A DNA stretch of 64,000 nucleotides from Polyangiaceae bacterium (GTDB lineage: Bacteria; Myxococcota_A; Polyangia; Polyangiales; Polyangiaceae), in the NCBI GenBank assembly GCA_033763455.1, contig JANRKO010000045.1:32001-96000 (forward strand), given 5' to 3'. A program made the position numbers and the translations under genes. The notes beneath the pieces are model-generated. The model was not told where the DNA came from. It searched no databases and saw only the letters and a program-made list of their open reading frames with translations. This document shows, piece by piece, positions 19,391 through 27,743 of the stretch; position 1 is the stretch's first letter, and every line of letters starts with the position of its first letter.

Positions 19391-20749
19391 ATGTCGAGGA
19401 CCTCTTCTGTACTGAAATTCATGGCTGTCGCCGTCGTTGCTTTCCTAGGCGGCGGTATAGCCACAGGAATTGCGCGAGCCTCCACCGAGCGCGATAGCCC
19501 CTACCAGGTCCTCGATCAGCTAGCCCGAGTGCTCGTGCGGATCGAAAACGACTATGTGGATCCCGTAGATCGGAGCCGTCTTATCGAAGGAGCTATCAAA
19601 GGCATGGTAGCGGAGTTGGATCCGCACTCCTCCTTCCTTCCACGCCAAGATTACGCGATTTTTCAAGGCGACACGGAGGGACGCTTCGGAGGCGTGGGGG
19701 TTGAAGTGGATTTCGGAAACGACACCGTGACGGTGATGTCCGTCGTGGAGGGGTCGCCCGCAGAGCAACGAGGAGTGAAACCTGGCGACCAAATCGTTGC
19801 GATCGACGACCACCCAGTGCGTGGCAAATCCCCTGCAGATCTTGTGCGCACCATGCGCGGAGAACCTGGAACCAAAGTACAACTCTCCCTCCGGCGCGGC
19901 AACCGGGAAGGTCTCATCACGCTCACGCTGGTGCGCCGCATCATCAACGTATCTAGCGTCGCCTCCAAGCTTCTAAGGGAGGGTGTGGGTTACCTCCGGA
20001 TCAAGAGTTTTCAAACCGGCACGCATACTGAATTCGAGGAAGCCGTGGGAGCCCTTCGAAAAGCCAGCCAAGACAATCTTGCCGGGGTAATCTTGGATCT
20101 CCGAAATAACCCGGGCGGTCTAGTGGATGAAGCCAGCGCCATCGCCGATGAATTCCTAACCGGCGGCGTGATCTACACCACGCGCCATCGCCGCCAAATC
20201 GTGGACGAAGTCACCGCTAGCAGCGGCGGCAGCTTAAAGCGCGGTCCCATCGTAGTGCTCGTGAACGAATACAGCGCTAGCGCCTCCGAACTCCTAGCTG
20301 GCGCCCTGCAAGATCAGCACCGCGGCCCCATTATTGGGGCCAAAACCTTCGGAAAAGGCTCCGTGCAGAGCATCTTAGATCTCCCCGGCGGTGACGGCCT
20401 CAGGCTCACTACTATGCGTTATTACACGCCAAGCGGGCGCGCCATTCAAGCCCTCGGCATCACACCCGATCTCGTGGTGCCCACCCCTAAAGAAGACGCC
20501 GGCGAAGTCGTCCGCGAAGCCGATCTCGAAGGCCACTTAGCGGCCGAAGGAGCGCGCCCTACACCGCACAAAGCGCCCGAAGCCGCAACCAAGCCAACGT
20601 CCGAACACGCGGCCCCCGATCCCAACGCCACGTTGCTCGGTGTGGCACGCGTAATCCCAGTGGATCCGCTAACAGGGCCTGACGCCGCGCTTAAAGTGGC
20701 TTACGAAGTACTAACGGGGAGGCGTACCGTTTCGGCAAGCGCGCCCTGA
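19391..20749 (+). CDS. ctpA: S41 family carboxyl-terminal processing protease (PDZ + S41)
   Basis: LDPHS, FGGVG (PDZ), LDLRNNPGG, SASASE (catalytic Ser), TFGKGSVQ (catalytic Lys), YYTPSGR.IQ..GI.PD. Confidence 0.93.
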   Translation: MSRTSSVLKFMAVAVVAFLGGGIATGIARASTERDSPYQVLDQLARVLVRIENDYVDPVDRSRLIEGAIKGMVAELDPHSSFLPRQDYAIFQGDTEGRFGGVGVEVDFGNDTVTVMSVVEGSPAEQRGVKPGDQIVAIDDHPVRGKSPADLVRTMRGEPGTKVQLSLRRGNREGLITLTLVRRIINVSSVASKLLREGVGYLRIKSFQTGTHTEFEEAVGALRKASQDNLAGVILDLRNNPGGLVDEASAIADEFLTGGVIYTTRHRRQIVDEVTASSGGSLKRGPIVVLVNEYSASASELLAGALQDQHRGPIIGAKTFGKGSVQSILDLPGGDGLRLTTMRYYTPSGRAIQALGITPDLVVPTPKEDAGEVVREADLEGHLAAEGARPTPHKAPEAATKPTSEHAAPDPNATLLGVARVIPVDPLTGPDAALKVAYEVLTGRRTVSASAP

Positions 20750-20854
20750 GCGATCGGCTGGATTCGCACATGGGCTGGGCCTCGGAGAAGCTCTTCTCCG
20801 CAAGGTGCCCGCGAAGGCAGCAAAAACGACGCGAGCATTGAGGCACGCCCAAGC

Positions 20855-21160
20855 TTAGTGATTCTGGGCGTTCGCGGAGTTTGCCTGCTGCTGGCGTGCG
20901 CGCATGGCCGTCATTACGGCAACTGATTCCGCAGCAGTAGAACCGGCATCAGACGCCTCTGCGCCATCGCTTGAGCGAGGAGCACAGATGCAGGACGTCG
21001 AATATTCGCCGCTGTAAACAAATGCACTCATTTTCATTCGTTTCGACTTACAATGCTCGAAACAGCCACTGGCTCCCCCTGGGAATTCGGCGGCCCCGTA
21101 AAACGTGGTGGCACAGCCCATCACCAAAGTGGCACTCAGAAAGATCCCGATGATTTTCAT
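20855..21160 (-). CDS. small Cys-containing lipoprotein
   Basis: MKIIGIFLSATLVMGC signal with lipobox, plus four further Cys. Confidence 0.65.
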   Translation of the reverse strand: MKIIGIFLSATLVMGCATTFYGAAEFPGGASGCFEHCKSKRMKMSAFVYSGEYSTSCICAPRSSDGAEASDAGSTAAESVAVMTAMRARQQQANSANAQNH

Positions 21161-21331
21161 GCGGCTTTGCCTATCACGCCGAGCGCCACTGACGACAGGC
21201 AAAAAACCACGCGACGGTCTCCATCTTCGCGAAACCACACCGTGCCTCCGCCGAACATGGGCGTGAGGTGCGGCACCAAAACCAAGGGAAATCCCTAACA
21301 CTTAGCGACCGGAGGGGGGTGCACGCCGCGC

Positions 21332-21513
21332 GGGCGATACTTAGCATAACAAGTACCTGTGGCGGCGCTGAAAGGGCCCCCACGCCTGCCCGTCTGCGAA
21401 CACTCCGAAGTTGAAGCTTGAACTCCGCCCAATTTGGCTGACATTCGGGAGGGGTGCGCGCAGCGTGGGCGATACTTAGCATAGCAAGTACCTGTGGCGG
21501 TGCTGAAAGGGCC
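21332..21513. repeat. 47-bp direct repeat, 2 copies, 135-bp period
   Basis: gggcgatacttagcata(a/g)caagtacctgtggcgg(c/t)gctgaaagggcc at 21332-21378 and 21467-21513, 2 mismatches. Looser similarity extends about 20 bp leftwards. Confidence 0.9.
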
Positions 21514-21567
21514 GTTGGCTTGCGGCAGAGGCGTTTCCGGAGGGAGCTGTATTGCCTGCATTGGGTG

Positions 21568-21630
21568 CCTGCGTTGGGCGCCGACACTCCTGCGCTGGGC
21601 GCCGACACTCCTGCGTTGGGCGCCGATACT
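21568..21630. repeat. 21-bp tandem repeat, 3 copies
   Basis: cctgcgttgggcgccgacact / cctgcgctgggcgccgacact / cctgcgttgggcgccgatact, preceded by a partial copy cctgcattggg. Confidence 0.9.
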
Positions 21631-21650
21631 CCCACCGAAGGTGGCGTTAT

Positions 21651-22871
21651 CTATTTCTCAAAGCGCGAGAGTAGCCGTTCGCTGGCTGCGATGCCGGAAG
21701 TCACCGCTGCCGCTACCGTGCGCGATTGTCCGGCAAGCATGTCGCCTGCGACTTCTAGCCTGCCTTTGAATGGTTCGTGCGCGCTCTGACCGATATGGGA
21801 GTGAATCCCGATATGCGAGCCAACCCCGATCCGCTCCAGAACTCCTAGATCTGACTGCAAGGCGAGTGGAAGGCTCGGATCGGACGCGCTCAGTACGTCG
21901 CCATCTAACTCAAGCTCTAAGGGCGCCAAGTAGCTCAATTTCAGGCGTTCGGAATGGGAATGAGCCAACGAACCCTCCATCACGATGCCGCCCGCTGCTA
22001 CGCCGCCGGTCGCCAACACGACGGCGTCTACCTCAAGGATGCGCCCCTCACCTTCATCCGGTTGGAGCGACAACTGAGCGCCAGTATCCGTAAGTGTCAC
22101 ACGCACCAATCGTGCGCGCTCCGGAACAACACCCCATCTAGCTAACATCTTAGATCGGGCGCAGCTCCAACGCGCTCCCGCGGTTCCACCAGGCCGCGAC
22201 CCCACTTCACCCACCGGAATTCCAAGCTCCGTTCGCAACCTGGCGGCAACGTCTTCGTCCACACCGAGCCACGGCCCAAGCAGCCACGCGTCGTAGCCTG
22301 TGTGCTCCGAGAGCTGAGCGGCGAGCCACGCGGTTCGTTCGGGAGCATCGTGCAGGGCCGCAAAATCTGCCACTGGAATACGCCGTTCGTTACTCAATTT
22401 TAGGCCATTTACGGGTACCGCCACGAACTGAGTGTGCGTCTTTCGCGCCCATGACTGTTCGGCCAATACGGCCGCGAGCAACTTCGCATTCATGTCGTCG
22501 CGCCCCAAATCGGCAACACCCACGCGTTTGCCGGCAACCTCTGCTAAGTTCAAGATCGCGCGATCTGCGGCAATGGATGGCACCACGATGCCTTGCGTGG
22601 ATGCGTTCCACTCGCCCACGCTGGCATCGTTAACCTGAGAATTCGCTCTCGACTCCAGAGACCAACTTCGCCAGAGCCCCAGCTCCTCGGCAAAATTTCG
22701 GCTCGCTTCCGCGTACGCCGCCACATCACCATACACGATCCCCGAATAGAATTCGCTCGAACCCGCGCGATCCTCAATGAGAGTTACTGCAAGGTTCCGC
22801 TTCCGGAACGCCCACGCTGCAGCGACCCCCGCAAAACCACCGCCCACCACGGCCACACGGCGCGGGCTCAT
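21651..22871 (-). CDS. FAD-binding protein resembling anaerobic glycerol-3-phosphate dehydrogenase subunit B (GlpB-like)
   Basis: VAVVGGGFAG Rossmann motif, DAVVLATGG and AGD..AG. Directly downstream of the GlpA-like gene. Confidence 0.65.
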   Translation of the reverse strand: MSPRRVAVVGGGFAGVAAAWAFRKRNLAVTLIEDRAGSSEFYSGIVYGDVAAYAEASRNFAEELGLWRSWSLESRANSQVNDASVGEWNASTQGIVVPSIAADRAILNLAEVAGKRVGVADLGRDDMNAKLLAAVLAEQSWARKTHTQFVAVPVNGLKLSNERRIPVADFAALHDAPERTAWLAAQLSEHTGYDAWLLGPWLGVDEDVAARLRTELGIPVGEVGSRPGGTAGARWSCARSKMLARWGVVPERARLVRVTLTDTGAQLSLQPDEGEGRILEVDAVVLATGGVAAGGIVMEGSLAHSHSERLKLSYLAPLELELDGDVLSASDPSLPLALQSDLGVLERIGVGSHIGIHSHIGQSAHEPFKGRLEVAGDMLAGQSRTVAAAVTSGIAASERLLSRFEK

Positions 22872-22931
22872 GGCTTCCCCCGTTCGACATGACGGCGCTT
22901 CACCGCTCACCCCGTTCAACATCACCGCCGC

Positions 22932-24611
22932 TCACCGTTCACCCAGCTCACTTCGAAGGCACGCCAAGGCAAATGCCTCTTGCCGCGCTTGCTCCGGCCC
23001 CAGCGTTGGCAAACGACGCTTTGCAGCAGCTTGCAGGAATTTTAAGCCCATGCGCGTGCCCACGCTCGGAGAAAGCTCCTTCATTTGCGCCACGATGCGG
23101 CCACACGCCACCGCGCAACGCATGCCCCCGCAGGCGCCCAGCCCCAGGCGCGTACGGCGTGAGACATCTTCCACGTCCGTAGCCCATTCTTGCTGCACCG
23201 TGTAGCGAATCTCAGCTTCGGTGACTGGCTCACATGGGCACACAACGACAGCTTCTCTCGGATCTTGCTGCATGCGTTCTAAGATCCGCAAGCTTCTGTC
23301 GCCGTGTCGATATTCGAGCCGCGTGGCAGTGACCGCCTCCATGCCACCCTGTAACACAAGCGACATCGGCTCCACGGTGTCGGCGCCTCCGGGGAGCGCC
23401 GTAGTATGCGTGCTACACGCGATGGATTTCCCAAACGCCCGGGCGAGCTCATCCACCATTTCTTGGGCAAACAGTCGATAGCTCGCCAGCTTTCCGCCGA
23501 TCATTGAATAAAGGCCCGGAGCTCCGTGGGCTTTGTGATCTACCACTTCGTGTTCGCGCGAGAGCGAATCCTCCGAGCCACCCCAACCATACAATGTGGG
23601 GCGAACGCCGCCCCAGGTTCCAATCGCCCGCGCCTGATCAATTGCTGGAAAAACCCTATGAATCGCCTGAAAAAGATAGCGAACCTCATCGTGTGTTGCG
23701 AGCACTTCATCGGGGTTACCGTAAAAATCATCGTCCGTCGTGCCGAGCACGCTCATGTTTTGCCACGGCATCAAGAATACTTGGCGCCCGTCGATAGCGT
23801 TGCACACGATGGCGTAGTTGGTGAGCCGCCGATCCAAAAATACGTGAATGCCCTTGCCCGGACGGATCGCTGCGCTTTTTGGCGAAAGGTTGCCGAGGGC
23901 CGTTGTGATGGGCGCCCAAGCGCCAGTGGCATTCACCACCACGGGCGCTGAAATTTCTCCGACCCTTCCGCTCAGGCGATCCCGATAGCGAACACCCGCC
24001 ACACGGCCGTGTTCTCCACGCAGAATCTCGGTAACGGTGGTGTGGTTGTAGAATACGGCGCCGCGTTCGACCGCATCGGTAACGTTGGCAGTACACAAAC
24101 GCACGCCATCAATGCCCCATTCGTCGAAGGTGACGCCCCCTTGTGTTTCCGCGAGCCCGGGCTCCAACGTGGCCAATTCATCCGCGGAAAGGCGCGCGTG
24201 GGGCTTGCCGTGCTTCAACGGCTGATAGTCGTCGTACAGATCGAAGAAGGCGTCGTACGCCGTTAATGTGAGTTTCGAAAGCAGCCCTGCTTTGCCATAC
24301 ATCGGGACTAAGAATGGGATCCGAAACAACAGGTGCGGAGCAATGCGCTGAATGTGCCCGGAATCCAAGCACGAGCTATGGGTAACATCCGGATTATGGC
24401 TCAAATAGCGCGGGCCTCCGTGGATCATCCCGCTCGAATTGCCGCTTGCCCCGAAGCCAATATCGTTGCGTTCGAGCAGCGCCACACGGAAGCCGCGTAA
24501 AGCCGCATCGCGAGCAACGCCCGCTCCATTGACGCCAGCGCCGATGACTACCACATCGACGTCGGTGTCTCGGGAGATCTGAAGAAGGGGCGTGCCCATA
24601 CTGGACTTCAC
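22932..24611 (-). CDS. glpA: FAD-dependent glycerol-3-phosphate dehydrogenase/oxidase with C-terminal BFD-like [2Fe-2S] domain (GlpA-like)
   Basis: VIGAGVNGAGVARDAALRG, SSGMIHGGPRYL, NATGAW, GTTD, GVRP, GGKL, and CPCE...RTRLGLGACGG.RC. Confidence 0.85.
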   Translation of the reverse strand: MKSSMGTPLLQISRDTDVDVVVIGAGVNGAGVARDAALRGFRVALLERNDIGFGASGNSSGMIHGGPRYLSHNPDVTHSSCLDSGHIQRIAPHLLFRIPFLVPMYGKAGLLSKLTLTAYDAFFDLYDDYQPLKHGKPHARLSADELATLEPGLAETQGGVTFDEWGIDGVRLCTANVTDAVERGAVFYNHTTVTEILRGEHGRVAGVRYRDRLSGRVGEISAPVVVNATGAWAPITTALGNLSPKSAAIRPGKGIHVFLDRRLTNYAIVCNAIDGRQVFLMPWQNMSVLGTTDDDFYGNPDEVLATHDEVRYLFQAIHRVFPAIDQARAIGTWGGVRPTLYGWGGSEDSLSREHEVVDHKAHGAPGLYSMIGGKLASYRLFAQEMVDELARAFGKSIACSTHTTALPGGADTVEPMSLVLQGGMEAVTATRLEYRHGDRSLRILERMQQDPREAVVVCPCEPVTEAEIRYTVQQEWATDVEDVSRRTRLGLGACGGMRCAVACGRIVAQMKELSPSVGTRMGLKFLQAAAKRRLPTLGPEQARQEAFALACLRSELGER

Positions 24612-24733
24612 ACGTTACGGCTTGAATGCCGTGCTGGCTAGCTCGGGCGCTTTCCCCGATGGGGAACGCTTGCGGGCGCGCGGCTTCGCCGTTTTGTTGG
24701 CCCACGGTGTCCCGCTGTGCCTAGTTGCGAGAC

Positions 24734-25243
24734 ATGAAACCTTGGGTGATAGCTTGCGCGATTCTGGGCGGCCTCTGCCTTGAACCCGCCCTTGGGTTCG
24801 CCCAAGGCGAAGAGCAAGTGGGCGCCGTCCCAAGCGGCAGCCTGCCGAGCGAACGCTCCCAAAGGGAGGGGCGACCGCGCGTACACCTTTCTCGCCTCAC
24901 CTTCCCTCAAGATCTCCCCGACGCGGCGGCGCTCGAACGCCACCTCCGACACACGTTGGCGCGTGCGGCAAGGCGCGTCGATTGGGGCGCTGGCCAAGGC
25001 CACAAGATCGAATACAGATTCACCGTTGAAGAACTGCGCATTGAGAAGAGCGACGGCTTGGTACGTGTGAGCTGCCGGGCCACAGGGCAGTTGCCCAAAG
25101 GCAAGCGAGCCAAGAGCGCCATCTCCTTCGGTGGCGACCCGAAAACCCGCGACGCCCTGGTCCACAAGGTGCTCGGGATTGTCGCCCAGGGCGTGATTGC
25201 TCGACTCGCAGAGCTGGAACGCGCGCGCCGCGGCCAAGACTAG
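24734..25243 (+). CDS. hypothetical secreted protein
   Basis: Signal peptide ending GFA-Q. First gene of a co-oriented run. Confidence 0.6.
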   Translation: MKPWVIACAILGGLCLEPALGFAQGEEQVGAVPSGSLPSERSQREGRPRVHLSRLTFPQDLPDAAALERHLRHTLARAARRVDWGAGQGHKIEYRFTVEELRIEKSDGLVRVSCRATGQLPKGKRAKSAISFGGDPKTRDALVHKVLGIVAQGVIARLAELERARRGQD

Positions 25244-25281
25244 AGCGACTCCTGCCGGATTCGGCTATAGTTTTGGGCACC

Positions 25282-26238
25282 ATGGAGCTGCCCGGCGAGC
25301 CCGTACTTCGAGAACTCATCCAACGTACCGCAACGCTATGGGCCCGCCTCAGCCACGAGGTTGGCTCGCGGCCGATGATCCTCCCAAACGCCACGTTCTT
25401 TCCAGATCCTTACCACCATGACGAACCCAGCGTGAATCGGTTGGTGCAACGCCTTGCCGAACATGCGGGCATGCAGGATGTGCCCGTGGAAGTGTGCCTC
25501 ATCGCTCCCGACGCCGAGGAAGAAGCGGCTAGTTGCAGTTCCGGCGGTTGCGGGCCAGCCGTGGTATCCGGCTCATTTCAGCGCGTGGTCGATCGCGGAG
25601 ATGGTTGGCAGCTGAACGTTGCGGAGGCCGAGCTTTTGCACCCAGTAGCTCTCACCACTGAGCTCGGTCGCGGGTTAGCGCTTATCTTCCTTCTGGAAAC
25701 CCACGAGGCCGGAGCACCGCTGGAAGGCCCCCTGGAGCTCACCACCGAGCTTACCGCCGTTGCGCTTGGAATGGGCCCGCTGCTGTTGCAGGGTTCTTAT
25801 ATCTACGCCAAAGGCTGCGGTGGCCCGCGCATCAGCCAGCTCACCCAATTGAGCACCTTTGAATTGGCGGTAATTACTGCGCTTTTCTGCACGCTTTCTG
25901 GCGTCCCCCACAAAACAGTGAGCCGTGAGCTTTCTGTTACTCAGAAAGAAGCATTTGCCGAAGCGGTGGCGTTCATAAGCTCCAACCCGGAACTCACACT
26001 CAAATTGAAGCGCGCACCCGAGCTACTCGCGATGGGTGATTTTACGCTCAATCCCACTCGAAGCTGGCTGAGCCGTGTGCTCGCCCCCGCCAAGGTTACC
26101 GAAGAGGCATTTCCTTTGTGGTTGGGTGAAAAGAGCACAGCAGAGCTCCCACCGGCACGAAGCCCGAAAAGCGCGCGCCACGCTGAACTAAAAGCCTTGG
26201 TAAGCGACGCCCTCAGCGAAGGCGCTGACCACTCCTAA
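25282..26238 (+). CDS. hypothetical protein (possible degenerate zincin-like fold)
   Basis: 318-aa ORF in operon context, with CSSGGCG and KGCGG motifs. Confidence 0.65.
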   Translation: MELPGEPVLRELIQRTATLWARLSHEVGSRPMILPNATFFPDPYHHDEPSVNRLVQRLAEHAGMQDVPVEVCLIAPDAEEEAASCSSGGCGPAVVSGSFQRVVDRGDGWQLNVAEAELLHPVALTTELGRGLALIFLLETHEAGAPLEGPLELTTELTAVALGMGPLLLQGSYIYAKGCGGPRISQLTQLSTFELAVITALFCTLSGVPHKTVSRELSVTQKEAFAEAVAFISSNPELTLKLKRAPELLAMGDFTLNPTRSWLSRVLAPAKVTEEAFPLWLGEKSTAELPPARSPKSARHAELKALVSDALSEGADHS

Positions 26239-26288
26239 CTCTTCGAACCGAAGAAACGATGCGCGCTCTACAACAGGCGGGAACCTAA

Positions 26289-27743
26289 ATGGCGATAGCT
26301 CAAGGCAGCTGCCCTAATTGCGGCGCCCCCATCCAATTCACGCTTGGTTCTTCGTTCGCCAAAGTTTGCGAATTCTGTAACTTTACCGTTGTTCGGACGG
26401 ACAGGGGCTTTGAGCACCTCGGCAAGGTAGCTGCCATTGCCAACACCCCTTCGCTCATCGCCGTCGGCGACGAAGGCACCCTTGGGGGGCGCCCATTCAA
26501 GGTGCTCGGCCGCGTCCAGCTAGACCATGGCCTCGGGCCTTGGGATGAATATTACGTTGCGCTCAACGGCGGAGCCTATTGGGGCTGGCTTGCGTATGCA
26601 GAGGGCGAATGGCTGCTCACCTACGCGGCTCCGGGAGTCCCTGGGCCACCCTTTAATAGCCTGCGCATAGAGCAAGATGTAACCCTAGGCGACGCGGGCC
26701 GCTTTCGCGTCGTTGAAATCAAGACTGGCACCATTGTGTCAGCCGAGGGCGAGCTTCCCGAACGTACGTTGCCAGGCACCGTACGCTACTACGCCGATCT
26801 CTGGGGCCCCGAGCGCCGCTTCGCGACCCTCGACTACGGGGCTGAGCAGGGCGCGGCAGAAGCGTATATCGGCTGGAGCCTCCTCGAAGCTGAACTACAG
26901 GTTAGCGCTGGAGGGCCCCGCACCGTAAGCAAAGTCAAAGCCACGAGCATGGTTTGCCCCAATTGCGGTGGCAACGTGCCCAAGTTAAGTGGTGACCGCG
27001 CGCAGCGTCTCGGTTGTCCATATTGCGGCGCCATTTCAGACATTGCCAGCCAGAAGATTGTGGCGGCACAGGAAGTTGCCGCTCAACAACCCACCATCCC
27101 GGTCGGCTCCACCGGCACGTTGTTCGGCATCCGCTACACATGCTCAGCGTATCTCCGGCGCGGGACAAGCTTCGAAGGAGAGCCCTACAGCTGGGAAGAG
27201 TACCTACTCTTCGCCGAAGGCTTAGGGTTTCGCTGGCTCGTGAACGATCCGGAAAGTGGCTGGGCATTCGTCTCCCCAGTAAACCCGGCAGAGATCGACC
27301 TCGCTGGCAGCCCCCGCGCCATCGCCTGGCAAGGGCATAATTATCGGCAAAAATACACCAACACGGTGCGGGTCGAATACGTGCTCGGCGAAGTGTATTG
27401 GCTCTGTAGCGCCGGAGAAGAAACGCGCTCCACGGACTACACGGTGGGCTCGTTCACCCTTTCACGGGAGGAATCCCCCGGGGAGGTCCGCTACTCGGCT
27501 TCAAAACCCATCGCCTGGGGCGTCGTAGCTCAGGCCTTCGGCTTGCCCCTGGAGCGAGAGGGCGGCAAGAGCAGTGGTGGCACCAGCGGCGGCTCGGGCA
27601 GCGGCGGTACCGAGCTTTCCGGCTCTGCCATCGCGTTCGTCATCATCGTAATAGTGCTCATCATCGTCATCTCCGCCCTCTTCGACGACGATCCCGTTTC
27701 GGGGGTCACTCGGGGCTCTGGGGTCTTCCTCGGTGGGAAGTAG
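26289..27743 (+). CDS. DUF4178 domain protein with two Zn-ribbon + DUF4178 units and a C-terminal TM helix
   Basis: CPNCG..CEFC and CPNCG..CPYCG, GRVQL...G.WDEYY, WEEYLL...GFRWL and C-terminal GGK. Confidence 0.85.
   Translation: MAIAQGSCPNCGAPIQFTLGSSFAKVCEFCNFTVVRTDRGFEHLGKVAAIANTPSLIAVGDEGTLGGRPFKVLGRVQLDHGLGPWDEYYVALNGGAYWGWLAYAEGEWLLTYAAPGVPGPPFNSLRIEQDVTLGDAGRFRVVEIKTGTIVSAEGELPERTLPGTVRYYADLWGPERRFATLDYGAEQGAAEAYIGWSLLEAELQVSAGGPRTVSKVKATSMVCPNCGGNVPKLSGDRAQRLGCPYCGAISDIASQKIVAAQEVAAQQPTIPVGSTGTLFGIRYTCSAYLRRGTSFEGEPYSWEEYLLFAEGLGFRWLVNDPESGWAFVSPVNPAEIDLAGSPRAIAWQGHNYRQKYTNTVRVEYVLGEVYWLCSAGEETRSTDYTVGSFTLSREESPGEVRYSASKPIAWGVVAQAFGLPLEREGGKSSGGTSGGSGSGGTELSGSAIAFVIIVIVLIIVISALFDDDPVSGVTRGSGVFLGGK

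Noticed and set aside
21332..21513. 47-bp direct repeat as a mini-CRISPR
   Set aside because: Only two copies, an 88-bp spacer, similarity that fades gradually at the edges, and no cas genes.
21174..21789. ORFs across the repeat region (21174-21635, 21295-21561, 21454-21789)
   Set aside because: Their peptide repeats just mirror the DNA repeats. No protein motifs or convincing starts.
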